NCBI GenBank assembly: GCA_038087875.1
Contig: JAXLNO010000706.1
Coordinates: 1 to 63,752 of the forward strand
DNA length: 63,752 nucleotides
Direction of reading: 5' to 3'
From: Malacoraja senta
Lineage: Eukaryota
In this document: positions 12,550-24,500 of the stretch, piece after piece
Numbering within the stretch: position 1 is the stretch's first letter
How the letters are laid out: each line of letters begins with the position of its first letter
Program-made: the position numbers and the translations under genes
Notes under the pieces: model-generated
What the model was told of the DNA's origin: nothing
The model's database searches: none
The model's input: only the letters and a program-made list of their open reading frames with translations

Positions 12550-15500
12550 CTGGAACTCAAGAAGCATACGTTGGTGTAGGTGGGCGCAGTGGCGTGGGAA
12601 TGGAGGAAGGGGCACACCCTTACCACCCACCCCCAGAGTGGGAACATACAGCAACAGGGCCAGGACTCGAGGGCCTGAGCTATAGAGAGGGGTTGGGCAG
12701 GCTAGGACTCTATTAGTTTAGAGACACAGAGCGGAAACAGGCCCTTCGGCCCACGGAGTCCGCACCGACCAGCGATCCCCGCACATTAACGCTATCCTAC
12801 ACACTCTGGGGAAAATGTTACATTTATACCAAGTTAATTAACCTACAAACCTGCGCGTCTTTGGAGTGTGGGAGGAAAGCTAAGATCCCGGAGAAATCCC
12901 ACGCGGTCACGGGGAGAACGCACAAACTCCGTACAGAGATGATAAGGAGACGTGTACCCACCTATCACTTATATGAACATTGACTTCTCTAATTTCCGGT
13001 AGTCCTTACTGTCTCTTCCCCTTCTCAGCTCTCCCTCTAGCCCTCTGGCTCCTCCTCTTCCTTTCTTCTTCCTGCCCCCCCCCCCCCACCCTGCATCAGT
13101 CTGAAGAAGGGTTTCGGCCCGAAACGTTGCCTATTTCCTTCGCTCCATAGATGCCGCCTCACCCGCTGAGTTTCTCCAGTATTTTTGTCTACCTTCCTAT
13201 CACTTGCTAGGTTTTGTCCCACCCCCATCTCTCTTCCAGCTTTCTCCCCTCGACTACAATCAGTCTGAAGAAGTGTCACGACCCGAAATGTCACCCATCC
13301 ATGTTCTCCACAGATGCTGCCTGACCCGCTGAGTTACTCCAGCACTCTGTGAAACGTCACCTATCCATGTTCTCCACAGATGCTGCCTGACCCGCTGAGT
13401 TACTCCAGCACTCTGTGAAACGTCACCTATCCATGTTCTCCAGAGATGCTGCCTGACTTTGTGAACGGTCCTTCCATAAGCTAGGGTACTGTCCGATTCA
13501 CCTCGACCCCATTGTGGACATTGGACTTTGTCTCTGGAACTGATGGGCTACAATGTTGAGAACTGTATTCTGTACTCTGCATCTTATCAGACTACTGGAC
13601 TCTACCTATTGTACATGAGTTTGAACTGTTTGTGTTAACATGTGGTATATCTGATCTTCTGGATAGCATGCAGCACAAAACTTTTCTCGGTAGCTCAGGA
13701 CACGTGACAATAATAAACCTAAATATAAACATTCAGACCCAAGACGTCACCCATCTATGTTCTCCAGAGATAGACACAAAATGCCGAGTTAACTCAACGG
13801 GACAGGCAGCATCTCTGGAGGGACGGAATGGGTGACGTTTCAGGATGAGACCCTTCTTGAGGCGAAGATGCTGCCAGACCAGCTGAGTTTTTCAAATTTA
13901 GGTTTAGTTTTGGAGAAACAGTCCCTTTGGCCCACCAAGCCTGCGCCGACCAGCGATCACCCCGTACACTAACACTATCATACACACACTAGGGACAATT
14001 AACCTACAGACATGTACACCTTTGGAGTGTGGGAGGAAATGGGAGCTGTTATCATGGGTGACTTTAATCTACATATAGATTGGGACAACCAAATTGGTAA
14101 CAGCGCTGAGGAGGAGGATTTCCTGGAATGTATACGGGATGGGTTTTTAAACCAATATGTAGAGGAACCGACTAGAGGGCAGGCCAATCTAGACTGGGTA
14201 TTGTGTAATGAGGAAGGATTAGTTAACGATCTTGTTGTGCAAAGCCCCTTGGGCAACAGTGACCATAACATGGTTGAATTCTGCAATAGGATGGAGAGTG
14301 ACACGGTTAATTCAGAGACTAGGGCCCTGAACTTAAAGAAATTAGACTTTGAAGGCATGAGATGGGAATTGGCAAGGATAGATGGGCAAATTATGCTTAA
14401 AGGGTTGACGGTGGAGATACAATGGCAAAGATTTAAAGACCGCATGGATGAACTCCAGAAATTGTTCATCCCTGTCTGGTGTTAAATTCAAGAAAGAGGC
14501 ATATACATTGGCCAGAGGAAGCGGCAAACCGGAGGACTGGGAGAAATTTAGAATTCAACAGAGGAGGACAAAGTGGTTCATTAAGAGGGGGAAAAGAACA
14601 TGAAAGAAAGCTTGCGGGGAATATAAAAACTGACTGTAAAAGCTTCTTTAGATATGTAAAAAGGAAAAGATTAGTGAAGACAAATGTAGGTCCCTTACAG
14701 TCAGACAGGTGAATTTATAATGGGATACAAGGAAATGGCAGACCAGTTAAACAAGTACTTTGGTTCTGTCTTCACTAAGGAAGACACAAACAATCTCCCA
14801 GAAATACCAGGGGACCGAGGATCTAGTGGGAGGGAGGAACTGAAGGGAATCCACATTAGTCAGGAAATGTTGTTCGGTAAACTGTTGGGACTGAAGGCAG
14901 ATAAACCCCAGGGCCTGATGGTCCGCATCACAGAGTACTCAAGGAGGTGGCCCTAGAAATCATGGATGCATTGGTGATCATTTTCCAATGTTCTCTCGAC
15001 TCTATATCAGTTCCTGTGGACTGGAGGGTAGCCAATGTAACTCCACTTTTTAAGAAAGGAGGGAGAGAGAAAATGGGGAATTATGGACCAGTTAGCCATA
15101 CATCGGTAGTGGGGAAGATGCTGGAGTCGATTATTAAAGATGTTATAGCAGCGCATTTGGAAAGCAGTGAAAGGTTCGGTCAAAATCAGCATGGATTTAT
15201 AAAGGGGAAATCATGCTTGACTAATCTTCTGGAATTTTTTGAGGATGTAACAAGTAGAATGGATAAGGGACAGCCAGTGGATGTGGTGTATCTGGACTTT
15301 CAAAAAGCCTTTGGTAAGGTCCCACACAAGAGATTAGTGTGCAAAATTAGAGCACATGGTATTGGGGGTAGAGTATTGACATGGATAGAGAACTGGTTGG
15401 CAGACAGGAAGCAAAGAGTAGGAATTGACGGGTCCTTTTCAGAATGGCAGGCAGTGACTAGTGGGGTGCCGCAAGGCTCGGTGCTGGGACCCCAGTTATT

Positions 15501-18500
15501 TACAATATATATTAACGATTTAGACGAGGGAATTAAATGTGACATCTCCAAGTTTGTGGATGACACAAAGCTGGGTGGCAGTGTGAGCTGCGAGGAAGAT
15601 GTTATGAGGATGCAGGGTGACTTGGATAGGTTGGGTGATACAGTAATAATGTGGATAAATGTGAGGTTATCCACTTTGGTGGCAAAAACAGGAAGGCAGA
15701 TTATTATCTGAATGGTGTCAGATTAGGGAAAAGGGAGGTGCAACGAGACCTGGTTGTCCTTGTACATCAGTCACTGAAAGTAAACATGCAGGTACAGCAG
15801 GCAGTGAAGAAAGCTAATGGCATATTGGCCCTCATTGTGAGAGGATTTGAGTTTAGGAGCAAGGAAGTCCTACTGCAGTTGTACAGTGCCCTGGTGAGAC
15901 CACACCTGGAGTATTGTGTGCAATTTTGGTCTCCTAATTTGAGGAAGGACATTCTTGCTATTGAGGGAGTGCAGTTTAGGTCCACCAGGTTAATTCCCAG
16001 GATTATGCGAATGTCATATGATGAAAGAATGGGTCGACTGGGCATGTATTCGCTTGAATAAGGGGTTGGCCATTTAGGACTTAGATGAGGGAAAACTTTT
16101 TCAGCCATAGTTTTAACAGTCTGAACCTTTTTAAGAATTAAGAACAAGGGTTGGCCATTTAGGACTGAGATAAAAAGCTTTTTCACCCAGAGAGTTGTGA
16201 ATCTGTGGAATTCTCTGCCATAGAAGGCAGTGGAGGCCAATTCACTGGATGTTTTCAAGAGAGAGTTTTATGTGGCTCTTAGGGCTAACAGAATCAAGGG
16301 ATATGGGGAGAAAGCAGGAACGGGGTACTGATTTTGAATAATCAGCCATGATCATATTGAATGGCGATACTGGCTCGAAGGGCCGAATGGCCTACTCCAG
16401 CACCTATTTTTCTATGGTTCTAAAAACCATGCAATCACAGGGAGAACGTACAAACACCGTTCAGACAGCACCGTTGGTTGGGATGGAAACCGGTTCTCTG
16501 GCGCTGCAAGCACTGTAAGGCAGCAACTCTACCGCTGCGCCACCTACTTGAACACAGGAGGCTGAGGGGTAAACTTACAGAGATGTACAAAATCATAAGA
16601 GGAATAGATAGGGTGAATGCACAGAGTGCAGAATAGAGCACGCCAGACGTAAAGTGTTATATTTACAGAAGAATGCAATCTTTTACCCAGGGTATGGAAA
16701 TCAAGGACATAGGTTTAATTCCTTGGAGCGCAGGAGGATGAGGGGTGATCTTATGGAGATGTACAACATCATGAGGGGAATAGATCAGATAAATGCAAAC
16801 TTTTTCCATGTCGCCTCCCTCGCGGCCTAACAGCATGGATTGGTGCGGCCTTTCCCGGAGTCGGGACCAGAGCTTCAGCAGCGGGCGCAGCGTGGACTTT
16901 TCCATCGTGGAGCAGGCGAACCCTTGCCGGGGGTCACCAGAGTGGAGTGCTCCGATCGCTGGCCTGGTGACTTTAGCATCATGGGACTGTGGTCTGCGGA
17001 GCTTCTAGCCGCGGGCGTGGCATGGACTTACCATCGTGGTAAGCACGGAGAATGAACGTAGCGGGTACGTCGGAGCTCGGGGACGTCTCTTAGCGGCTCG
17101 TAACGCTAACGGCAGGTACTCAGGAAGACTCGCTAATGGCAGGTAAGCACGGGAAGACTCGTGAAGATTTTTCAACATGTTGAAAAATGTCAACGAGAGC
17201 CCCGAGTACCGACGAGCGGCCATTACCGTAAATCTCCGAGTTCCAATCAGGGCAAACTCGGGGAGAACTCTTGAAGGAACTCGTACAGTGGGACAGGGCT
17301 TTTACTGCAGCTTTAGTTTTTCACTGTACCTTGGCACACACGACACTAAACTGAACTGAGGTAAAGTAAACTGAACAAGGAGCACTGACCACCCTGATGT
17401 GGGTGAGGGGGAACCCAGGACACATTGCCATTGGGAAGCACACCTCTGCTAGTTGGAGAAGGGGATGAGGGGAGAGGGTGTGGCAAGGAGATGGCGGCAC
17501 GCTGGTACAGCGGTAGAGCTACTGCTTTACCACGCCAGAGACCAGGGTTCGATCCTGGCTACGGGTGCTTGTCTGTTTGTATGTTCTCCCCACGTGACCT
17601 GCCCGCAGCAGATTATTGGTAACGCTAATGCTCAAGAACAGGGTGGCAGGGAGGTAGAGTTGCTGCCTCACAGCGCCGGAGACCCGGGTTCCATCCCGAC
17701 TACGGCTGCTGTCTGCACGGAGTTTGTCCGTTCACCCCGTGACCTGCGTGGGTTTTCTCCGAGATCTTCGGTTTCCTCCCACACTCCAAAGACGTGCAGG
17801 TTTGTAAGGTTAACTGGCTTGGTCTAAATGTCAAAATTGTCCCCTGGTGTAGGGTAGTGTTAATGTGTGGGGATCGCTGGTCGGTGCGGACACGGTGGGC
17901 CGAAGGGCCTGTTTCCACGCTGCATCTCTAAACTCAACTAAAGAAAAGTAGGAGGGGAGGAACAGAATCATTCTCACCTGAGTTTGCAGCTTCAGGTTTC
18001 TGCCCACCTGGAAGTGAAGGAGAATGTGCCATTAGTCAACCAGTCGAACTGTGAGGGATGTGGGAGTTGGTGTTGGGAGTATGAGAGGAATAGATCGGGT
18101 AGACGCACAGTCTCTTGCCCAGAGTAGGTGAATCAAGGACCATAGGACATAGGTTGAAGGTGAAGGGGAAAAGATTTAATAGGACTCTGAGAGGTAACTT
18201 TTTCACACACAGGTTGGTGGGTGTATGGAACGAGCTGCCAGAGGAGGTAGTTGAGGCTGGACTATTGCAACGTTTAAGATACAGTTAGACAGGTACATGG
18301 TGTAGATTAGTGTCAGTCATTTCATGAGTCATGTTTCTGTAGTTACGCCAACTAGCTTTTTAGTTATAACTGCTTCCTGGATTCCTTTATAGCCCTGTCC
18401 CACGGTACGAGATCATTCCAAGAGCTCTCACGAGTTTAAAAAAAAATCAAACTCGTGATAGGAACGGAGAATGAACGTAGCGGGTACGTCGGAGCTCGGG

Positions 18501-21500
18501 GACGTCTCTTAGCGGCTCGTAACGCTAACGGCAGGTACTCGGAAAGTCTCGCTAACGGCAGGTAAGCACGGGAAGACTCGTGAAGATTTTTCAACATGTT
18601 GAAAAATGTCCACGAGAGCCCCGAGTCGACGAGTGGCCATTACTGTAAATCTCCGAGATCGAATCATGGCAAACTCGGGAGAACTCTTGGAATGAACACG
18701 TACCATGGGACAGGGCTTTTAGTGTAAGTTGAACTTGCAAGTGTGAAGTCATGCTTGCTATGTAGTTAATAAATTCTTTGGATCTTTATCTTGGTGCAAG
18801 GCTTCTGTTATTGTATGGTCATCACTCAACATGGTGTCAGAATGGGAATCAAACCCATTATTTTAGGACAGGTGTGGAGGGCTAAGGACCAAACGTGGGC
18901 AGGTGGGACGAATGTAGCTGGGACATGTTGGCCGGTGTGGGCTAGTTGGGCCAAGCGGCCTGTTTTCACGCTGTATCACTCTATGACTGTGAGCAAGGTG
19001 TGTACCTTCAACATCTGCCTGCGGCTTCTTCGCTTTCCCAGCGCTGATGTTAATGCTGGCGTACGTGCAGGATTCAGCTTGATCTGTAAAGCACACGAGA
19101 GTTACTCCTTCAAGCTACAGAGAGAGAGAGAGAGGCAGATATACACCACAAAGTGCTGGAGTAACTCAGCGGGTCAGGCAGCATCTGTGGAGAACATGGA
19201 TAGGTGACGTTTCACAAAGTGATGGAGTAACTCAGCGGGTCAGGCTGCATCTGTGGAGAACATGGATAGGTGATGTTTCACAAAGTGCTGGAGTAACTCA
19301 GCGGGTCAGGCAGCATCTCTGGAGAACATCTATATTACTAAAAGTCTGATCTTGACCACTTCCTGTTGTTCTGTATATTGATTTTAGAAAAAACACTGCC
19401 ACTTACGGCTGTGATTTTTGGCCATCTTACTCAGTTCCCCTCCGCTGTGCAGGACAAGAGGATTTTTCCCATCGATAAAAAATAAAAGAGTTATTAGTGT
19501 TTAAAAAATGTTGAGATTCTCTCTTCTGAAGGCCACGCCCCTTCCGAAGGGACTATAAAACACGGAAGTTGCGTGCCTCAGTCAGTCTCTGCAAGATGGG
19601 GGAGCGAGAGGGTCACGTCTCTCAGTCTGAACTGTGAATAACACTGAACACATGTCTACTAAACTGTGAGTTGTTTTACTGACCTGTCAGTGCCCTTAAA
19701 GTGGTTTGAAAATATAGTTTGGTAATGCTGAAGCTGTGTTGCCTTTGGTTTGGAAATGCTAAAGCTGTGTTGCCTTTGGTTTGGAAATGCTAAAGCTGTG
19801 TTGCCTTTGGTTTGGAAATGCTAAAGCTGTGTTGCCTAATTAAAGTTTCCTTGCCTAATTAAAGTTGCCATGCCTAATTAAAGTTGACTTGCCTAATTAA
19901 AGTTGCCTTGCCTAATTAAAGTTGCTTTGCCTACTTAAAGTTCCCTTGCCTAATTAAAGTTGCCTTGCCTTCTATAGAACTAGAAGTCTAATCTTGACCA
20001 CTTCCTGTTTGGGCTTTACATTGATTTTAGAAAAAACGCTACCATGGACGGCTGTAATTTTTGGCCATCTTACTCAGTCCCCCTCTGTTCATCAGGTGCC
20101 GAGGATTTTTCCCATCGATGAAAAATAAAAGTTATTAGTGTTTTAAAAAATGTTGAGATTCTCTCTTCTGTCAATCACGCCCCTTCTGATGGGAGGGGGG
20201 GGGAAGGGACTATAAAACCCAGAAGTGTGGGCGTGGATCAGTCTCTGCAAGATGGAGGAGGGAGAGGTCACGACTCTCTGTCTTTAGTGGCCTTGCACCC
20301 TGCTTGAAATGTATGAAACTGCACTTGAATTTGGTGGCCTTGCACCCTGCTTGAAGTGTAAGAAACTGCACTTGAATTTGGTGGCCTTGCACCCTGCTTG
20401 AAATGGAATTTCAAGGAATAGCCGTGAGTCAACTGCCAGCCCACCAGCCGTGAGTGAGTGAGCTGCCAGCACAACAGGCTTTAGTGACTGAGCCACCAGC
20501 CCAAGAATCCATTCCGCCCACAATGTACACACTAGCCCTCTGGAAACCAGTCCCTTCAGCCCACAACACCCATACTAGCGCTCCAGAAAGCCCCCCCCAC
20601 CCCCAATGGCCAGCAATATTGGAATTGGTGGAGAGGTGGAATATTGCGTTGGGGGACCAGCCCTCTCGTGTAATGCTGGGACCCCACGGGTCCCACTTAG
20701 TCTAATGCTGAACTATATTCAACGGTGCTTTTATTGTTACATGTGTGAAGTGCTAACACGGTGAAATTCTTTACCGGTAAATTCTTTACACTCCAGTAGA
20801 GTATTGCCTTGATTAGCAAGTGTACAGAAACAGTCTACTGACCCCGCATGTGAGAGGCGCCATGTTTTGGTGCCATTTCCAGATTCCACGCTCCAGTTCT
20901 GATCAGCGGTGCCTGTTCCAGGCGAGTCCCAGGCTGTTGTGGGCCTCCAGCCGTCTCCTTCCTTGGACACCCCGTCCCTCTCCTCGCTCGTTCCCTGTTC
21001 CCGCAGCCGACCTCAAGGGCTCTGCACTCTGTATCGTCCCCTTAGCTCTGCCTATTGCACTTGAGCTTGAACTGATTGTATTTACGTTCCAGACAGCACG
21101 CAAAACCAAAGCTTTTCACTGTACCTCGGTACACATGACAATAATAAACCTGAGCCTGAACCTTCAATGGGATCCTGACCGGGAAACATTACCTATCCGT
21201 GTTCCCCAGGGACCTGCTGAGTTACTCCAGCACTTTGTGGGGGGTTTTGTAAACCAGCATCTGCAGTTCCTTGTGCCAACACTTTACCTGATCTGATTGC
21301 TGTTCCCGTGAATAAGTGAAATCTTGTGATTCCTTTAGTGTAAGTTGACTTGCAAGTGTGAAGTCATGCTTGCTATGTAATTAATAAATTCTTTGGATCT
21401 ATACCTTGGTGTGAGGCTTCTGTTATCATATGGTCATCACTCAACATGGTGTCAGAAGTGGGATTCGAACCCATTTTTTTAGGACAGGTGTCGAGGGATA

Positions 21501-24500
21501 TGGACCAAACGTGGGTAGGTGGTACTAGTGTAGCTGGAACATGTTGGCCGGTGTGGGCTAGTTGGGCCGAGCGGCCTGTTTCCACACTGTATCACTCTAT
21601 GACTCTGTGAGCAAGGTGTGTACCTTCATCATCTGCCTGCGGCTTCTTCGCTTTCCCATCGCTGATGTTAATGCTGCGTACGTGCAGGATTCAGCTTGAT
21701 CTGTAAAGCACACGAGAGTTACTCCTTCAAGCTACAGAGAGAGGGAGAGAGGCAGATATACACGACAAAGTGCTGGAGTAACTCAGTGGGTCAGGCAGCA
21801 TCTGTGGAGAACATGGATAGGTGACGTTTCACAGAGTGCTGGAGTAACTCAGCGGGTCAGGCAGCATCTGTGGAGAACATGGATAGGTGACGTTTCACAG
21901 AGTGCTGGAGTAACTCAGCGGGTCAGGCAGCATCTCTGGAGAACATGGATAGGTGACGTTTCACAGAGTTCTGGAGTAACTCAGCGGGTCAGGCAGCATC
22001 TGTGGAGAACATGGATAGGTGACGTTTCACAGAGTGCTGGAGTAACTCAGCGGGTCAGGCAGCATCTCTGGAGAACATGGATAGGTGACGTTTCACAGAG
22101 TGCTGGAGTAACTCAGTGGGTCAGGCAGCATCTCTGGAGAACATGGATAGGTGACGTTTCAGCTCTGGCCCCAACCCGAAACATCTGAAGGCTCCTGAAC
22201 CACGCACGCAGTCACAGGGAGAACGGACAAACTCCGTACAGACAGCACCCATAGTCAGGATGGAACCCGGGTCTCTGGCGCTGTGAGGATGCAACTACCG
22301 CTGCGCCACCGTGTGCTGCCCCTAAATAGCTTTGATCTCCAGAGAAGCTGCCTGAAACGCTGATACTCCAGCACTAAGTGTCTCTTTTTTGTTAACCAGC
22401 ACTTGGGACCCTTCTTGTTAGGAACTGATGCACCACAATGCTGAACTAGATTCAATGGTGCTATTATTGTTACATGTGTGAAGTGCTAACACGGTGAAAT
22501 TCTTTACCTTACATACACTCCAGTAGAGTATTGCCTTGATTAGCAAGTGTACAGAAACAGTCTTCTGACCCCGCATGCGAGAGGTGCCATGTTTTGTGCC
22601 ATTTCCAGAGTCCACGCTCCAGTTCTGATGAGCGGTGCCTGTTCCAGGCGAGTCCCAGGCTGTTGTGGGCCTCCAGCCGTCTCCTTCCTTGGACACCCCG
22701 TCCCTCTCCTCGACCCGCCCGCCCGCCTTTGTTCCCGCAGCCGACCTCAAGGGCTCTGCACTCTGTATCATCCCCTTAGCTCTCCGGAGATGCTGCCTGA
22801 CCCGCTGAGTTACTCCAGCACTCTGTGAAACGTCACCTATCCATGTTCTCCACAGATGCTGCTTGACCCGCTGAGTTACTCCAGCACTCTGTGAAACGTC
22901 ACCTATCCATGTTCTCCACAGATGCTGCCTGACCCGCTGAGTTACTCCAGCACTCTATGAAACATCACCTATCCAGGTTGAACTGATCGTATTTACGTTC
23001 CGGACTGCACGCAAAACCAAAGCTTTTCACTGTACCTCGGTACACATGACAATAATATACCTGAGCCTGAACCTTCAATGGGATCCTGACCGGAAACGTT
23101 ACCTATCTGTATTCCCCAGGGATGACGCCTGACCCGCTGAGTTACTCCAGCACTTTGTGGGGGGTTTTGTAAACCAGCATCTGCAGTTCCTTGTGCCAAC
23201 ACTTTACCTGATCTGATTGATATTCCCGTGAATAAGTGAAATCTTGACACAATCATTTACAGACACACACATATGAATGGAAAGAGACATGCGTCAGGGT
23301 GGGGAATCTGTGGAATTCATTGCCACAGACGGCTGGGGGTGGGGGCAAGTCCATGGTGGAGATTAATAGGTTCTTGATTAGGTTGGTTGGTGAGATTGTA
23401 AATTGTCCCTAGTGTGTAAGATGATGCTAGCGTACGGGGTGATCGCTGGTCGGCGCGAACTCGGTAGGCCAAAGGGCACGTTTCCACGCTGTATCTCTAA
23501 AGTCACAGTGGCGCAGCGGTAGAGTTGATGCCTTACAGTGAATGCAGTGCTGGAGACCCGGGTTTGAGCTCGACTATGGGTGCTGTCTGTACGGAGTTTG
23601 TACGTTCTCCCCGTGACCTGCATGGGTTTTCTCCGAGATCTTCGGTTTCCTCCCACACTCCAAAGACGTGCAGGTTTGTAGGTTAATTGGCTTGGTAAAT
23701 GTAAAAATTGTCCCTGGTGTGTGTAGGATGGTGTTAATGTGCGGGGATCACTGGTCGGCGCGGACCCGGTGGGCCGAAGGGCCTGTTTCCGCGCTGTATC
23801 TCTAAACTAAACTAAACTAAAGTATAAGTCTAAGTCTAAGTCAAGGGTTATGGCGAGAAGGCAGGAGAATGGGGAAACATAGAAACATAGAAAATAGGTG
23901 CAGGAGGCCATTCGGCCCTTCGAGCTAGCACCGCCATTCATTGTGATCATGGCTGATTGTCCCCAATCAAGAACCCGTGCCTGCCTTCTCCCCATATCCC
24001 TTGATTCCACCAGCCCCTAGAGCTCCATCTAACTATCTCTGAAATCCATCCAGTGACTTGGCCTCCACTGCCCTCTGTGGCAGGGAATTCCACAAATTCA
24101 CAACTCTCTGGGTGAAAACGTTTTTTCTCACCTCAGTCTTAAATGACCTCCCCTTTATTCTAAGACCGTGGCCCCTGGTTCTGGACTCGCCCAACATTGG
24201 GAACATTTTTCCTGCATCTAGCTTGTCCAGTCCTTTTATAATTTGATATGTTTCTATAAGATCTCCCCTCATCCTTCTAAACTCCAGTGAATACAAGCCT
24301 AGTCTTCTCAATCTTTTCAATCAATGAGAGGGAAGGAATGGAATGTTGGAATGAGGAGAGGGAATGATTGAATGGTGAAGTAGACTTGATGGGCTGAATG
24401 GCTTATTTCTGCTCCTGGAACGAATGAAGTCACCGTATGTGGGGATTTTCAGCTTCTTAAACCAAAACAAGACATTCTCTGGGTTGGCTGACCAAGCTTG

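Larger units (their letters stand above)
18380..23246. repeat. Tandem segmental duplication 1 (about 18380-21326 vs 21327-23246)
   Basis: 18720-19328 matches 21336-21945, and 20706-21326 matches 22438-23246. The copies differ by MITE/Helitron insertions and 66-bp repeat number. Confidence 0.9.

Noticed and set aside
17390..17448. Exon-like segment with a strong pyrimidine tract between the last two tail exons
   Set aside because: Lengths of 59 or 56 nt break the phase 1-1 frame, and the flanking exons already join in frame.
21447..21473. tRNA-Leu gene
   Set aside because: Only the 3' 27 nt are present, including encoded CCA and abutting an LTR; this is primer-derived. SINE heads likewise are not tRNA genes.
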